This document shows positions 14,432-28,274 of a stretch of DNA of 64,000 bases, one piece after another. The stretch lies in assembly GCF_009914755.1 (NCBI RefSeq), contig NC_060929.1; one strand, 5' to 3'. A program made the position numbers and the translations under genes. The DNA is from the human T2T-CHM13v2.0 reference genome, Homo sapiens. Every line of letters begins with the position of its first letter. Positions within the stretch are counted from its first letter, which is position 1. A model generated the notes under the pieces. It was not told the origin of the DNA, searched no databases, and was given only the letters and a program-made list of their open reading frames with translations.

Positions 14432-16013
14432 CATCTGCATTTTCAACAAGTTTCATAAATTAAATATTCTTGACAAGAATAAAATATAAAAGAGAGAAAT
14501 CTATTGTCTATCCTGAAATGTTACCTCCTCCTACCCTTTGCCCTCATTTGCCAGTATCTAGTCTCTGCACACCAGGCTCTTCTCAACTCGGATGATATCA
14601 TAGAGACCCATTTGGTACAATGTAAGTGCTGCCTTTTCAAGTAGAATTTCTGGCCTAGAATGAAAAACCAGAAAACTTGTTTCCAAAGGGTCTAATGTTT
14701 TTGTCATCAATCTGTTCTTTGAAGAGAAGTTTGGGGGCACTGAAATGACGTAGGGTTTTTTTGAAAGTGTGGGATATTCAATCTAGCATTTTTACCTCTT
14801 ATACTCTTTCAAGTTGGCCTTCTAAATTATGCCAACATTTTTCTGGTCTGTCTTGCTATTCAAAGTCCCAGTTCAGTTGAGGTTCTAGTAAAGAACCTAG
14901 AAAATATGTATATCTAAATAGAGCTACAACGTTGGATACAGAAACTATAATGGGTTCATCCATATAAAAATTCAGTTTAATCCAAAATTATGTTTTATCA
15001 TCCTTAGTTAAGGACTTACAATATCCATTTCTATATGCATTCCCCCAGCACTTTAAATTCATGAATTTCTATAATATTTTTACTCTTTTTTTTATTTTAC
15101 TGCCTAAGCAAAATTGATTTTTTAAAAACCCTGTGTACTTAGAAGCAATAAGGCACTACTGGAAGTTTCAGCTCTCTTTCAAGGGAAGCATATTCTATTC
15201 AGCCAAGAGAGGAGCAATGAAAATTATTTCAAATGGATTAATTAGTCCAGGTTTCTCCAAGCCTTCAAAATCCGAGATTTCATTATTTCAGATATCAAAG
15301 TCTCACTTTTATTTGATCAGGGTTCTTTAACTTAAAATACTTGGCAGAGCTCTCAATCCAAAGGCTGCTCAAATTCAGCAACTCAAAAAAAAAAAAAAAA
15401 AATCAATCTCCCAACTGATTTTCAGTGATCTCTGACCAAATGCTATAGTCAGTAAGGGTATTTAGTTTAGCATTGTCACAGGAAGGTCAATAGTTTTACT
15501 CTATGTCCTGAGTGAGCATTTCACAATGTGAGCTTGGTTGCTCTAGCTTTAAGTTATCCAACACCACCAAGATCAAATATTCCACCCCACTGTCTGACAT
15601 TCCTTATCCCCTTTAAGTTGGCCTATTGGAATTGCATCCTATCCCAGAGAGTGGCATCATGAGTGAGCACATGGGTCTGGGGGAACAGACTTGATAGACT
15701 GCTTACCCCTATTGCCATGGTAAAACATAAGCAGCTATTCTTTCATTCCAGAATATAAGCATGACTTTTACTATATTTACTCCATCTCAGCCAAACACCA
15801 AATCCAGATAGCTCACATTTTCCTGGGAGTCATTACCAAGAATTCTGTTTCCATATCTAATTTTGTTAGATGTCTTTGGCTGGAATCAACAGAAACAAAT
15901 TAAGGGAAAAAAAGAACTTATTAGAAAATAAATGTGTAGCTCACAGAATCAAAGGAACAGTTGAAAACCAAATTTTAGGGCAGACGAAAATCAGCATAGT
16001 TTTAAGTATTTTA

Positions 16014-16314
16014 TTTTATTTTTATGTATTTATTTTTGGAGACAGGGTCCCACTTTGTTGCCCATGCTGGAGGGCAGTGGCACCTTCATGGCTCACTGCC
16101 ACCTTGACCTGCTGAGCTTAAGTGATCTTCCCACCTCAGCCACTCAAGTAGCTGGGACTACAGGCTTACACCACCATGCCTGTCTAATTTTTAAGTTTTT
16201 TTTGTAAAGATGTTTACAACATTATCTTGCCAGGTTGGTTTCAAACTCCTGAGATCCTCCCAACTCACCCTCCCAAAGTACTAGGATTACAGGCATGAAT
16301 CACCATGCCCAGCC
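16014..16314 (-). mobile_element. AluJ (Jo-like)
   Basis: Antisense Alu with a perfect 16-bp TSD agttttaagtatttta (15998-16013 and 16315-16330). It sits inside a degenerate MaLR-like LTR fragment (about 15860-16480). Confidence 0.95.
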
Positions 16315-18074
16315 AGTTTTAAGTATTTTAGTATCAGAGATTAGCCAGCATTGGTCATGGACCTGCCTTTTCATTGGTGAGAGGTAGACTTGGCCTCACA
16401 ATTCTTCCCAAATTACCCAGATTAGGAAAAGAGCAAATCTTACTCCACCTGCCAAAGAAAGGATGCCGTACTGGGAAGACTATATGCATGAATATGTACA
16501 TACATAATGCAAACACACATGTATGCATGCATAAAAGACTGTCACACATGGAAAATAATCAACAATTCTTATTAATTTGGGCAATAATTCTAGAAAAGAA
16601 ATTAGACTGCTCAAATGATGGTAAGTGCTCTTAGTTCAACTTCATACTTCAGCCACCACAGTCATAGCTTTGTGGAAATTATTTCCAGTACACAAATTCT
16701 ACATACTCTCACTTCTGAAACTGCATCCTCACTCACCCTAGCTCAAGGAAGAAGTTCGTACATAGAAATGTTAGACAAATGAAGGAGGAGACTGGTTATC
16801 AAGGATTCACAGCTGTCTTACTATTCAACATATTACTTCAAATTCCACCAAAGATGCTAGTCCTGCTGAATTTCTAATTAGGTGATCTTTTAGCTGTATA
16901 AATCCAGATATTGATGACAAATTACAGGACAAGCAATTACAGATTGCAGCTAATGCTCTACTTCTACCACCAACTCCTCATGTGTTTTTGTTTTTTAACA
17001 CAATAATTATATTGTTCTGTGATGGTAACTTTGCTCTGGGGCTTTTTTTTTTTTTCCTAAAGGAAAACTAGATAACATTGGCTACTGAAACACCATCATG
17101 CTGTTCAACCTTGAAAACAATTCTCTAGTGTTGGGCTACAGTTTGCCACTGTGATATATTTTCAGAAATTAGAAAAATTCCCCCACTTTGAGCATGGGAT
17201 TAGAAAATCCACTCTCAGAGTGACAACAACCCTGAGGGTATACAACTTGGTAAGCAGAGCAAGAAGAGAGCTTCAGCTGTCCCTCATCTCATGGCCTTGG
17301 CCTTAATGCAATGCATAACTTGATTCACAATTCATGATACTCTTTTCTTGGGGTAATTTGGACAAACTGGAACAACTCAAAACCTTTTACAAACTGAACA
17401 ACTCAAAACCTTTTCTTTGAGTCATCTGGTTGGAAGCTTCAGAAAAAAATGGTCACAACACATCCTGAATTGCAGTCATGCAGTATTTCTACATCATTCA
17501 GATTACTAAAGAAAATCATTAAACCTTACTCATTAAAAATAATTTTGTGGAATAGTTCCTACCACTTGAGCTGCTTCAATTTTCTCAGTGTTCAATGTGA
17601 TACATCATACTTAAGGTGCTGGGCCCATAGAGAATGCAGTCAAAATTGCAGAAACGTAGCTTCCTGAACTGCCCCACCTTCCTTGTGTTTTATCCTCACT
17701 CCTTGCTTTTGATTCCTGTTGCTATAATTCACAACATGCCTTGGCTCCTTAAGTCAGATTGGTTCAGGCTCTCACATCTTGGCAACTATCCTGGCTATGA
17801 ATGGCATTGTCTCTCTAGCTCAGCAATGCCTTCACGGACACAATTAACTAATGTTCTTTGCATTTTAGCTGGGTCTTCAGGACACCCTCACCTGTATAAT
17901 TCTGATAGATTCGCTCTGGTTTATTTTCCTTCCTTACCCAATTTAGACTAAGGCTTACTACTTCAACCCCGGATTTCTCAGCACTAAGCATTTATTTTGA
18001 TCCTCTGTCACCACTCCCCAGCCAAGATCTTTAACCTAATCATTCTCAAACTATGTTCTTGTAACACTTTAAAC

Positions 18075-18535
18075 CAGTGGTTCTCAAATATAATCTGGGA
18101 CCCCTGAAGGTCCTTGAAGCCATTTCAGGGCATTGGTGAGGTGAAGATCACTTTTATAATAATAATTATATGCCATTTGGCTTTTTAATTCTCATTTACT
18201 CTGAGTAATGTACAAAAGAGTTTTCCAGACTGAACACAGAAGCAAATATGAGAATTTGCCTGTTTTGTGTTCATCCATACATTAAAGAGGGTTCCAAAAA
18301 TTTTTAAAAATGCTACACTTGCCACTAAATTATTTGCTCTTCATACACAGTTATTTATTCTAAAAATGTTCACATGCAAAGGCTTTACTTTTTAATGAAT
18401 TAATAAATAACTTTAAGGTTCTTAAATGCTATGTGGCAAAAATTTACAGATATACACAATTATAAAGCTCTGTGGGGACTCAATAATTGCTAAGACTGTA
18501 AAGCTCTTCTGAGACCAAAAATGTTGAAAATTCTA
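18075..18535 (+). mobile_element. hAT-Charlie DNA transposon (Charlie4a-like)
   Basis: Begins cagtggttctcaaa..gggacccctgaaggtcc..ttcaggg..gaggt and ends ctgagaccaaaaatgttgaaaa. Confidence 0.75.
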
Positions 18536-18551
18536 TTCTAAAATGAGCTAA

Positions 18552-21500
18552 TAACAAAAAGTTCTGAACTTAAACTCAATACTTGACCAGTAGGAACTAA
18601 TAGACATCCATAGAACTCACTCCACCCAACAACTAAAGAATATACATCCTTCGCCTCTACAGACAGAACATACTCTAAGATAAACCACATGCTTGGCCAT
18701 AAAGCAAGTCTCAATAAATTCAAAAAAATTGAAATCACACCAACCACACTCTCAGACCACAATGCAATAAAAATAGAAATCAATACCAAGAAGCTCTGTC
18801 AAAATGAACAATTATATGGAAACTTAAAAAACTTGCTCCTGAATGACTTATGGGGAAACAATAAAATTAAGGCAGAAGTCAAAAAATTCTTTGAAACTAA
18901 TGAAAACAGAGACACAATTTATTATACCAGACTCTTTAGGATACAACAGTATTAAGAGGAAACTTTTATAGTGCTAAATATCTACATCAAGAAGTTACAA
19001 TGATCTCCAGTTAACAACCTAACATGGCACCCAGAGGAACTGTGAAAACAAAAACAAACCAACCCCAAAGCTAGTAGAAGAAAATAAATTACCAAAATCA
19101 GAGCAGAACTGGACAAAATTGAGATGCAAAAATCTATACAAAAGATCAACAAAACAAAAGTGTTTTTTTTGAAAGGATAAACAAGATTGATAGACCGCTA
19201 GCTAGATTAACAAAGAAAAAAAGAGGGATGATCCAAAAAAGCACAATCACAATTCACAAAGGTAACATTACAGCCAACCACACAGAAATATAAAATATCC
19301 TCAGAGACTATTACCAACACCTCTATGCAGCCAAACTAGATAATCTAGGAGAAATGGATAAATTCCTGGAAACAAACAGCCTCCCAAGAATAAACTAGGA
19401 AGAAAGGAAAACCCTGAACAGACCAACAATGAATTCTGAAATTGAAACAGTAACAAAAATCCTACCAACCTAAAAAAAAAGCCCTGGACCAGACAGATTC
19501 ACAGCCAAATTCTACCAAATGTACAAAGAAGAACTGGTACCAAACCCACTGAAACTATTTTTAAAAATTGAGAAAAAGGGCTTCTTTCTAACTTATCCTA
19601 TGAGGCTGGCATCATTCTGATACCAAAACCTGGCAGAGACACAACAAAAGAAGAAAACTTTAGGCCGGTATCCCTGATGAACATAGATGTAAAAATTCTC
19701 AACAAAATATGAGCAAAACCCACCAGCAGCACAACAAAACATTCACTGTGATCAAGTAGGCTGTATTCCTGGGATGCAAGGTTGGTTCAACAAATGTAAG
19801 TCAATAAATGTCATTCATCACAAAAACAGAATTAAAAACAAAAACCATATAATGATATCGATAGATGCAGAAAAAACTTTCAATGTAATCCAACATTCCT
19901 TTATGTGAAAAACCTTCAACAAATAAGCATTGAAGGAACATATGTCAAAATAAAAAGAGCCATTTATGACAAACCCACAGCCAGCATCACACTAAACAGG
20001 CAAAAGATGGAAGCTTTCCTCTTGAAGACTGGAATAAGACTAGGATGCACACTCTCCCCACTCCTATTCAATATAGTACTGGTAATCCTAGCCAGAGCAT
20101 TTGGGCAAGAGAAAGAAACACAAGGCATCCAAGTAGGAAAAGAAGAAGTCAAACTATATCTCTTTGCTAATATGATTCTATACCTAAAAAGCCCTAAAAT
20201 CTCTGACAAAAGTCTTCTAGGTATGATAAGCAACTTCAGCAAAGTTTCAGGATACGAAATCAGTGTATAAAAATCAACAGCATTTGCAAACATCAATAAC
20301 ATTCAAGCTGAAAGCTAAATTAAGAATGCAATCCTGCATACAATAGACTAAAAAGAATGATATATCTAGGAATACAGTTAATCAAGGAGGTAAGAGACAC
20401 TGGAATAATAATTACAAAACAGTGCTGGAAGAAATCAGAGATGACACAAATAAATGGAAAAACATTCCATGTTCATGGATAGAAAGAATCAATATTGTTA
20501 AAGTGGTCATACTGTCTAAAGCAATTTACAGATTCAATGCTGTTCCTACCAAACTACCAACATCATTTTTCACAGATTTAGAAAAGGGCTATTCTAAAAT
20601 TCATGTGGATACAATGAATAGCTTGAATAGACAAAGCAATCCTACGCAATAAGAACAAAGCCAGAAGTGTCACATTACCTGACTTCAAACTATACTACGA
20701 GGCTACTGTAACCAAGACATTATGGTACTGGTACAAAAACAGACACATAGACCAATGGAACAGAATAGAGAGCCCAGAAATAAATATACAAACCTACAAC
20801 CACCTGATCTTTGACAAAGTAGAGAAAAATAGGCAATGGGGAAAAGATTCCCTATTCAATAAATCGTGCTGGGATAACTGGCTAGCCATATGCAGAAAAA
20901 TGAAACTGGACCCCTACCCATCATCATATACAAAAATTACCTCAAGATGCACTAAAGACTTAAATGTTAGACTCAAAGTAGAAAAACTAGAAGAAAACCT
21001 AGGTAATATCTTTTTTGATATTTTACTTGGCAAAGAATTTATGGCTAAGTCCTCAAAAGCAGTGGCAACAAAAACAAAAATTGGTAAGTTGGACCTAATT
21101 AAACTAAAGAGCTTCTACAAAGCAAGAGAAACTATCAAGGGAGTAAACCAACAACTTAGAGAATGGAAGAAAATATTTGCAAATTATGCATCTGACAAAG
21201 GTCAAATATCCAGAATCTATGAGGAACTTAAACAAATCAACAAGCCAAAAACAAATAATCCAATTAAAAAGTGGACAAAAGACATGAACAGATACTTCTC
21301 AAAAACAGACAAACAAATGGCCAACAAACATGAAAAAATGCTCCTCAGGTCGGGCACAGCGGCTCACACTTGTAATTCCAGCACTTTGGGAGGCCGAGGG
21401 GGGCAGATCACCTGAGGTTAGGAGTTCAAGACCAGCTTGGCAACATGGTGAAACCCTATCTCTACTAAAAAGACAAAAAATTAGCTGGGCATGGTGGCCT

Positions 21501-22425
21501 GTGCCTGTAATCTCAGCTACTCGGGAGCTTGAGGCAGGATAATCACTTGAACTTGGGAGGTGGAGGTTGCAGTGAGCCAAAATCGTGCCACTGCACTCCA
21601 TACTGGGCAACAGAGCAAGACTCCGTCTCAAAAAAAGAAAAAAATGCTCATCATCACTAATCATCAGAGAAATGCAAATGAAAACCACAATGAGATATCA
21701 TCTCATACCAGTCAGAAAGGCCTTTGTTAAAAATTCTAAAAACGAGATGCTAGAGAGGCTGCAGAGATGGGGTAACACTTATATACTGTTGGTAGGGATG
21801 TAAATTCGTTTGGAGATTCCTCAAAGATATAAGAGTTACACTATCATTCAACCCAGCGATCCCATTCTTGGGGTATCTCCCCAATGGAAAATAAGTCATT
21901 CTACCAAAAAGACGCATGCACTTGTATGTTCATCACAGCACTATTCACAATAGCAAAGACATGGAATCAACCCAGGAGCTCATCAACTCTGGATTGGATC
22001 AAGAAAATGTGGTATATATATACTATGGAATACTACACAGCCATAAAAGAGAAGGAAATCACATCCTTTATAGCAACATGGACATAGTGGAGGCCATTAT
22101 CCTAAGGGAACTAATGCAGAAACAGAAAACCAAATACCACATGTTCTCACTTGTAAGTGAGACCTGAGCACTGAGTAGAAATAAACATAAAGATGAGAAC
22201 AATAAGCACTGGAGAATACAAGAGGGAAGAGGCAGGGGGTTGGGCAACGGCTGAAAAGCTACCTGTTGGGTCCTATGCTGACTACCTGGGAGACAGATTC
22301 ACTCATACTCCAAACCTCAGCATCACAGAATATACCTTTGTAACAAGCCTGCACACATACCCCCAGAACCTATCATAAAAGTTGAAAAAAAAGTGGAGTT
22401 GCAAACAAAATAGAATAAAATAAAA
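18552..22425 (+). mobile_element. 5'-truncated L1PA16-like LINE-1 (ORF2 plus 3' UTR)
   Basis: ORF2 fragments in the track (18689, 19905, 20422, 20900, 21884). 3' end gggcaacggctgaaaagctacctgttgggt..ccaaacctcagcatcac..aaaagttgaaaaaaa. Degenerate TSD taaaatgagctaa / taaaagagttaa. Confidence 0.9.
21348..21638 (+). mobile_element. AluSx nested in the L1PA16 ORF2
   Basis: Full Alu with TSD aaaaaatgctcctca (21333-21347) / aaaaaatgctcatca (21639-21653). Confidence 0.95.
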
Positions 22426-22499
22426 GAGTTAAGTTGTGAACACTTTGGAAGTGTTATATTCCTGGGTGCTTATAAGTCTGGATATCATGCCCCATAGTA

Positions 22500-23000
22500 G
22501 TTGGATATGGGAGTGAGGAGGTCAGAATACAAATATGTGAGAAAGATGCATCGGAGCTTTGTGAGTCTTTGGTGTGTAAATGATAATTTAATCAATAGGT
22601 ATGGTTGAAATATTCCAGGGAATGTATAGAGCAAGACAAAAATTAGGACCCATTACAAGGGAACAGCTACCTGAAACAATAGACATTTAAAGAAGAGTTT
22701 GCAAAGAAGGCCAAAATGAAATGTCCAGAGCAAGGAAATGAGGACAGTGAAATGTCACAGAAACCAAGGAAAACTTGGTTCAATAAGAACAGTACTCAGC
22801 AATATTAAATGCTGCTAACGGATCAAGTAAGAAATCTCATTTTGCAGCAGGGAAGGCCTTAGTGACTTCAGTAAGAGATTCAGTGATATTGTGGGTGAGG
22901 GGTTGGCAGAAAACATTTAAATGGTTTTAGATAAAGTAGAAGATGAAAAATTTGAGATAGTAACACTCTCAAGGAATTTACTTGAGAAGAAAAGAGGTAA
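22500..23000 (-). mobile_element. L2 fragment
   Basis: tgtcacagaaaccaagg..aaatgctgctaacggatcaagtaaga..ttagtgacttcagtaagag. Confidence 0.65.
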
Positions 23001-24199
23001 TGTGATAACTGGGTGGGAGTGTACATGGGATAGGTAAGGGTTTTGTACAGGAGGGAATATTAATAACTAGCTCACAAAAGGACTTAATAGTCTCTTAATG
23101 CAATTATCTCCACGTGTCTGTGTTTCGTGCATAATTAAAAGTACCTTGAGTTAAATGGTCTATTGAATATCTCTATATATTCTCAGCATTTGCTACTCAT
23201 CTGGAAAATTATAGGAACGTCATACAGATTTGCTTCTAATTATTTAATTACCTATATTAGTGTTTCTTAATATAAAACAAGGCTTATAGTTTCTCATGAA
23301 CAATAGAAATACAGAGCTAGTTATCATTCTGCATGAAAGGGGCCTTAAAAATGCTTATGTTTACAAGGCCATGGCAGCTCATAAATATCATATAGACAAA
23401 AGAATATCGTATTAAAATTCTGAAAAACACAGATCATTGTTAATTCTCAGTAAAATGTGTATTCCTTGTTCCTCAACAGAAGACAGGATGTGTACTAATG
23501 ACATCTATTTCAAGCCAATGGCAGCAGGTAGAGCAGAGGAGAAACACTAACTGCGGGAACTCGGAGAAAATAACTGATTTTTGACTAATGTAAAGATGTC
23601 CTCATCTGTCTATGTATATCTATACGTAGAACTTTGAAATCCTAAATAGACATTGTAGTTATTAAGTGATCTTCTAAAGGTCTATGAAGTATTAGTGAAG
23701 TGAAATCATTACAGAAACTCATACGTTCAGAAGAAAAATAAAATGAGCTGAGTTAAAAGGTATGGTGATTAAAATTTATATGTCCATTTTATAATTCTTC
23801 AATTATTTTCATGAGATTACTCTAACATCTGTGTATAAACAATTTCATTACAAACACAGGACACATAGGGGCCTCTATAGACTCACAAATAAATGAAAAT
23901 TATCACAACTGAGAAATCAGCAGTACGCTAATTATTATTTGTTTTATTCATTTGTGAGATGGATAACTGGTGAAGTGAATATTCTCTGCAATAATTTTTC
24001 ATTAAAGAAACATTTCTCTTTCAAACTAGCAGCTTGTTTTAAAGAGAATAGGGCCAATGATAACGCTCTCAAAATGTGTTAGTAGATGGTATCTAGCTCT
24101 AATTACCTGACTTCAGGACTAATAAATGATTATCTTTCAATATGTAGGAAAAAATAAAGTAAAAATCAGACTTTGACATTGTTTCTAATGGACATTATC

Positions 24200-24669
24200 A
24201 TATTATTGCCCACTGCCTTTGTATGGCCTTTTTGTTTGGGGGGAAATGTCCACATTGTGACCATTGACTCTCCAGTGTGGAAATCAAAAATAAATTCTCA
24301 GCCTCCCTTGCAGATAGGAAGAAGGCATGTGACCAGAGTGCTGCAATCAGACATACCTGCTTCCCAGTGGGTGCAAGTCTGTGTTTCTAACACAGAAGTG
24401 CAATCTCTGCTGGCAGCAGTGCCAATCGGTTTGGACTTCTGGCATTTAACATCTAACAGAGGCTGTGGGCACAGTATCCTGAATAGTCCTGTTCTGTGTC
24501 ATGATTTCGCATATTGCTGCTAGAAGCTTGGTTTTGAGACTATTCTTTTTTTTTCAATGCCATCCCAGTGAATCTATTAATCACCAGATATTCTTGAATA
24601 CATCACTGTTCTGATAAAAGTAGCCAGCACAGATTCTATTGTTTGCAACTAAGTGATCTGACTGATACA
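24200..24669 (+). mobile_element. Ancient ERVL/MaLR-class solo LTR
   Basis: cagcctcccttgcagatagg..catgtgacc..caatcag. The 3' end is attgtttgcaactaag..ctgactgataca. Confidence 0.6.
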
Positions 24670-24809
24670 CCTTTGTAACTCAGGAACTAAAAAGAATTTC
24701 AAAATCTCAATGCTTCTTTGAGTTATTAAAATATTTATTAGAAAAAAACTTATGGGAAGTCAATATATTGGCCATTTCTATTCTGAAAGTGTAATAAAAC
24801 TGAGGAATA

Positions 24810-25010
24810 GAGTATAAGAAGTTCATGGCCTGCAGAGCTTGGAGTTTACATCTTGATATCACTATTGCTAGCTATGGGTAAGTAACTTAACCTCATTGAT
24901 TCTAAACTGAATCACATGATAAATGATAATAATACTTAATGATTATTAGGATTAGAAGGGATACTATTTATAAAGTATTAGTCCAATCTTTCATACTTCA
25001 AGCTGACTGA
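24810..25010 (+). mobile_element. MIR
   Basis: gggtaagtaacttaacctc..gataataatac..aggattagaagggata..taaagtatt. Confidence 0.6.
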
Positions 25011-25508
25011 CAAAGAGCTTTTTATTCAGCTATTGCTAATGCCACATAATATTGGTGAATTTTCTGTTACAGAGAATGTAATCCACTCCAACTACTTTAA
25101 GCAGAAAGGGATTTATTTTAGAGGATTAAATGACTTTTAGAATTTTTAGCAGGGCTGAAGAAATTGAGTCTAGTGTGAACTTCTAGAAAAACCCTGAAAG
25201 CCACCTGCGGAATATGCTAACAGGGAAGCTGCTATGCAGGTCTTGACAAGAAAAATGTAGACTCAGGAAGCTTTGTAATAATTAGAAAGTTTTTGCTATT
25301 GTTTCTGGCTGTACCACTTGTGCTATGCTAAAGAAGCTACCTGCTGAATCACGAAATTATTATTCTACTTCCTGTTACTATATGTTAGTTTGGTCTATTT
25401 TTTTAACTTACATACACAGAACCATTCCACATTATGGTTGTAAGGTTCATACATTTTATTCTGTGTGAAGAAACAAATACAGTCTTTTTTTCACACCGTA
25501 TAGCAGTG

Positions 25509-26045
25509 TGTGGTAGGCAGAATAATGGCTCCCCAAATACATCAAAGTCCTAATCCCTAGAATCTGTGAATATGTTATAATATATGGCAAAGGAGAATTG
25601 ACTTGCATATAGAATTAAGGTTGCTAATTGGCTGACCTTAAAACAGGGAGATTAGCCTGTATTCTTCAGATGAGTCCAACTGCAATCATGAGGATACTTA
25701 AAAGTGAAAGAGGGAAGCAGATAGTAGGCTAGAGGGATGCAATATGAGAAGAACCTGGCTGCCTTTGCTAGCTCTGAAGACAGAGGAAGGGGTCCAGGAT
25801 CCAAGGAAGAAAAAGTACGGAATTCAATACGAAAGGTGGGTGTTCTTTAGAAGCTGGAAAAGGTAAGGAAAGAGATTCTCCCTTGAAGACTCCAGAAAGG
25901 AATGAAGTTCTGATGACACCTTGATTTTTGCTCTGTGCATCTTTTGTTGAAATTCTGACCTGCAAAACTATAAGATGATACATCTGTGTTGTTTTAAGCC
26001 ATTTAGTTTGTGGTCATTTGTAAAAGGCAATATAGAAAACTAATA
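25509..26045 (+). mobile_element. MLT1D MaLR solo LTR
   Basis: tgtggtaggcagaataatggctcccc..gtcctaatccctagaatctgtgaatatgtt..tgttgttttaagcca..agaaaactaata. Confidence 0.85.
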
Positions 26046-26046
26046 A

Positions 26047-26270
26047 GAAGGATTTCTCAACTTCAGCACTATTGACATTTGGGACCAAATAATTATTTTG
26101 TTTTAGGAACTATCCTTTGTAATGTAGGATAGTTAGCAGCTTCCCTGGATTCTCCCTACTAATGCCATTAGCATTTACACCAGTTGTGACAATAAAACAT
26201 GTCTACCAGACATTGCCAAATGTCCTGAGGAGTGGGGAGCAAGATCACTCCCAACTGAGAACTAATACTG
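26047..26270 (-). mobile_element. MER20 hAT-Charlie element
   Basis: tttctcaacttcagcactattgacatttggg..gttgtgacaataaaa..cagacattgccaaatgtcc..ctgagaac. Confidence 0.8.
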
Positions 26271-26274
26271 TGTG

Positions 26275-26800
26275 TCATTGTATTTTATAAATATGTCATG
26301 AATTATTTAGCCACTCTATTATTTAAAAATATGTGGATTGTTTCAAAATTATGATTATTACTAGAAATGCTTCTATGAGTACCTACATGTGTTTTGGTTA
26401 ATATATGTTCACCTTGCCATTATATATACACCAGAAAAGTAAGAAAAGTGGAGTAACTTGATCACAGAACATGCCTTTTCTACCAATTTGTAATTCTATA
26501 GACAATGTATAGAAGTTTCTATTGTGTTCTGTTCTTGCTAACACTTGATATTGCCTGCCTTCTTCATTTTAGTCACTCTAGTGAGGGTGCATAGCATCTT
26601 TTTGTGATTTAAATTTGCATTTCCATGGTAACTAATAAAATTGCACATCTTCTAAATATGTGTATTCTCATTACGATACTCTGGTTTATGAAGTGTCTGA
26701 TCAAGTTTTCAGCCCAATTTTTTTTGCGCTGCCTTTTTTTTTAATTTGTAGGCTTTATTTTTATATTCAAATACAAGGGCTTTGTTGGCTACATGCAAGT
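26275..26800 (-). mobile_element. Old L1M (L1ME-like) fragment
   Basis: cttgctaacacttgatatt..cattttagtcactcta..aatttgcatttcc..aagtgtctgatcaagttttcagccca. Confidence 0.6.
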
Positions 26801-27043
26801 TGACTGGATGATTGATCCTAATTATCTCAGTGTGGTAAGGCTGCTGTTATTGAATGGGGTTGGGATTAAGTCTGGAATCCAGGTGAAACTCTGTAGTGTC
26901 TGTTATGTGGGCATCTACCCCATTTTTGCATCCTCAACATTATGAGACTACCTAAAACTGTATACTCCTTTGCAGTGGCTTTCTGAGCTGTTTTTTTTTT
27001 CACTTTTCAAAAATTTATTTTTATTTTGAAATTTACTCCATGG

Positions 27044-27399
27044 TTATTTATTTATTTTTCCATAGGTTATTGGGGAACAGGTGGTGTTTGGTTACATAAG
27101 TAAGTTCTTTAGTGCTGATTTATGAGATTTTGGTGTTCCCATCACCCAAGCAGTATACACTGCATCCTACTTCTAGTCTTTTATCCCTCACCCTCTCCCA
27201 CCCTTCCCCCCAAGTCCCCAAAGTCCATTGTATCATTCTTATGCCTTTGTGTCCTCATAGCTTAGCTCCCACCTATGAGTGAGAACATGCGATGTTTGGT
27301 TTTCCATTCTTGAGTTACATCACTTAGAATAATAGTCTCCCATCTCATCCAGGTCACTGTGAATGCCGCTAATTCCTTCCTTTTTAACGGTTGAGTAGT
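27044..27399 (-). mobile_element. L1PB1 3' end
   Basis: ccataggttattggggaacaggtggtgtttggttacat..aagtccccaaagtccattgtatcattcttatgcctttg. Confidence 0.85.
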
Positions 27400-27944
27400 C
27401 TATCTCAAGTGTCTTGAGAAGAAACACCTTCAAGTATAGGGCTCACATCAGCATCAGTGTCTCCCTTCTCTTTGGGATCCTGGTCATTTTGGCAGTCCCA
27501 AATTTCATCTTTGTCTCCCTACTTCTAAGCAGTTGCCAAAAGCTCTGCTGGCTTCTCTACTTATTACCTGTAGTCCTCTTCCCAGTTTCTTTGTCCTCCA
27601 ACATCTTACAAAAATTGTCAAATACCCTGAGGGGAAAAGGCAGAATTCAGTTCACTTATCCATACTTCTCTTACATTTGTGATCTTGTTTCTCATATTCT
27701 GGTTGCTTGGAAGCTCGTCATACCCTCTAACAGATGATTCTGTATTTGGAGCATTGTATAACTGGCTAAGTATTCTCAATAGGAGACATGGTCTGCTGAA
27801 TCCTATAATAGCTGGAAGCAGAAGTCCCTCAGTGGAATTTTAAAGCCTTAAATCTCACATTCACTCCTATTTGTTCCAAATTCCCTCTCCCTCATTCTTC
27901 CAGTCCTACGATTTTTCAAACAATACCACTGTTTTACACTGTAA

Positions 27945-28274
<330 letters not shown>

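Noticed and set aside
21299-21688. 129-aa ORF (similar ones at 5068, 28026, 56826, 62966)
   Set aside because: Translations of Alu sequence ([17 protein letters not shown]), a classic annotation artefact.
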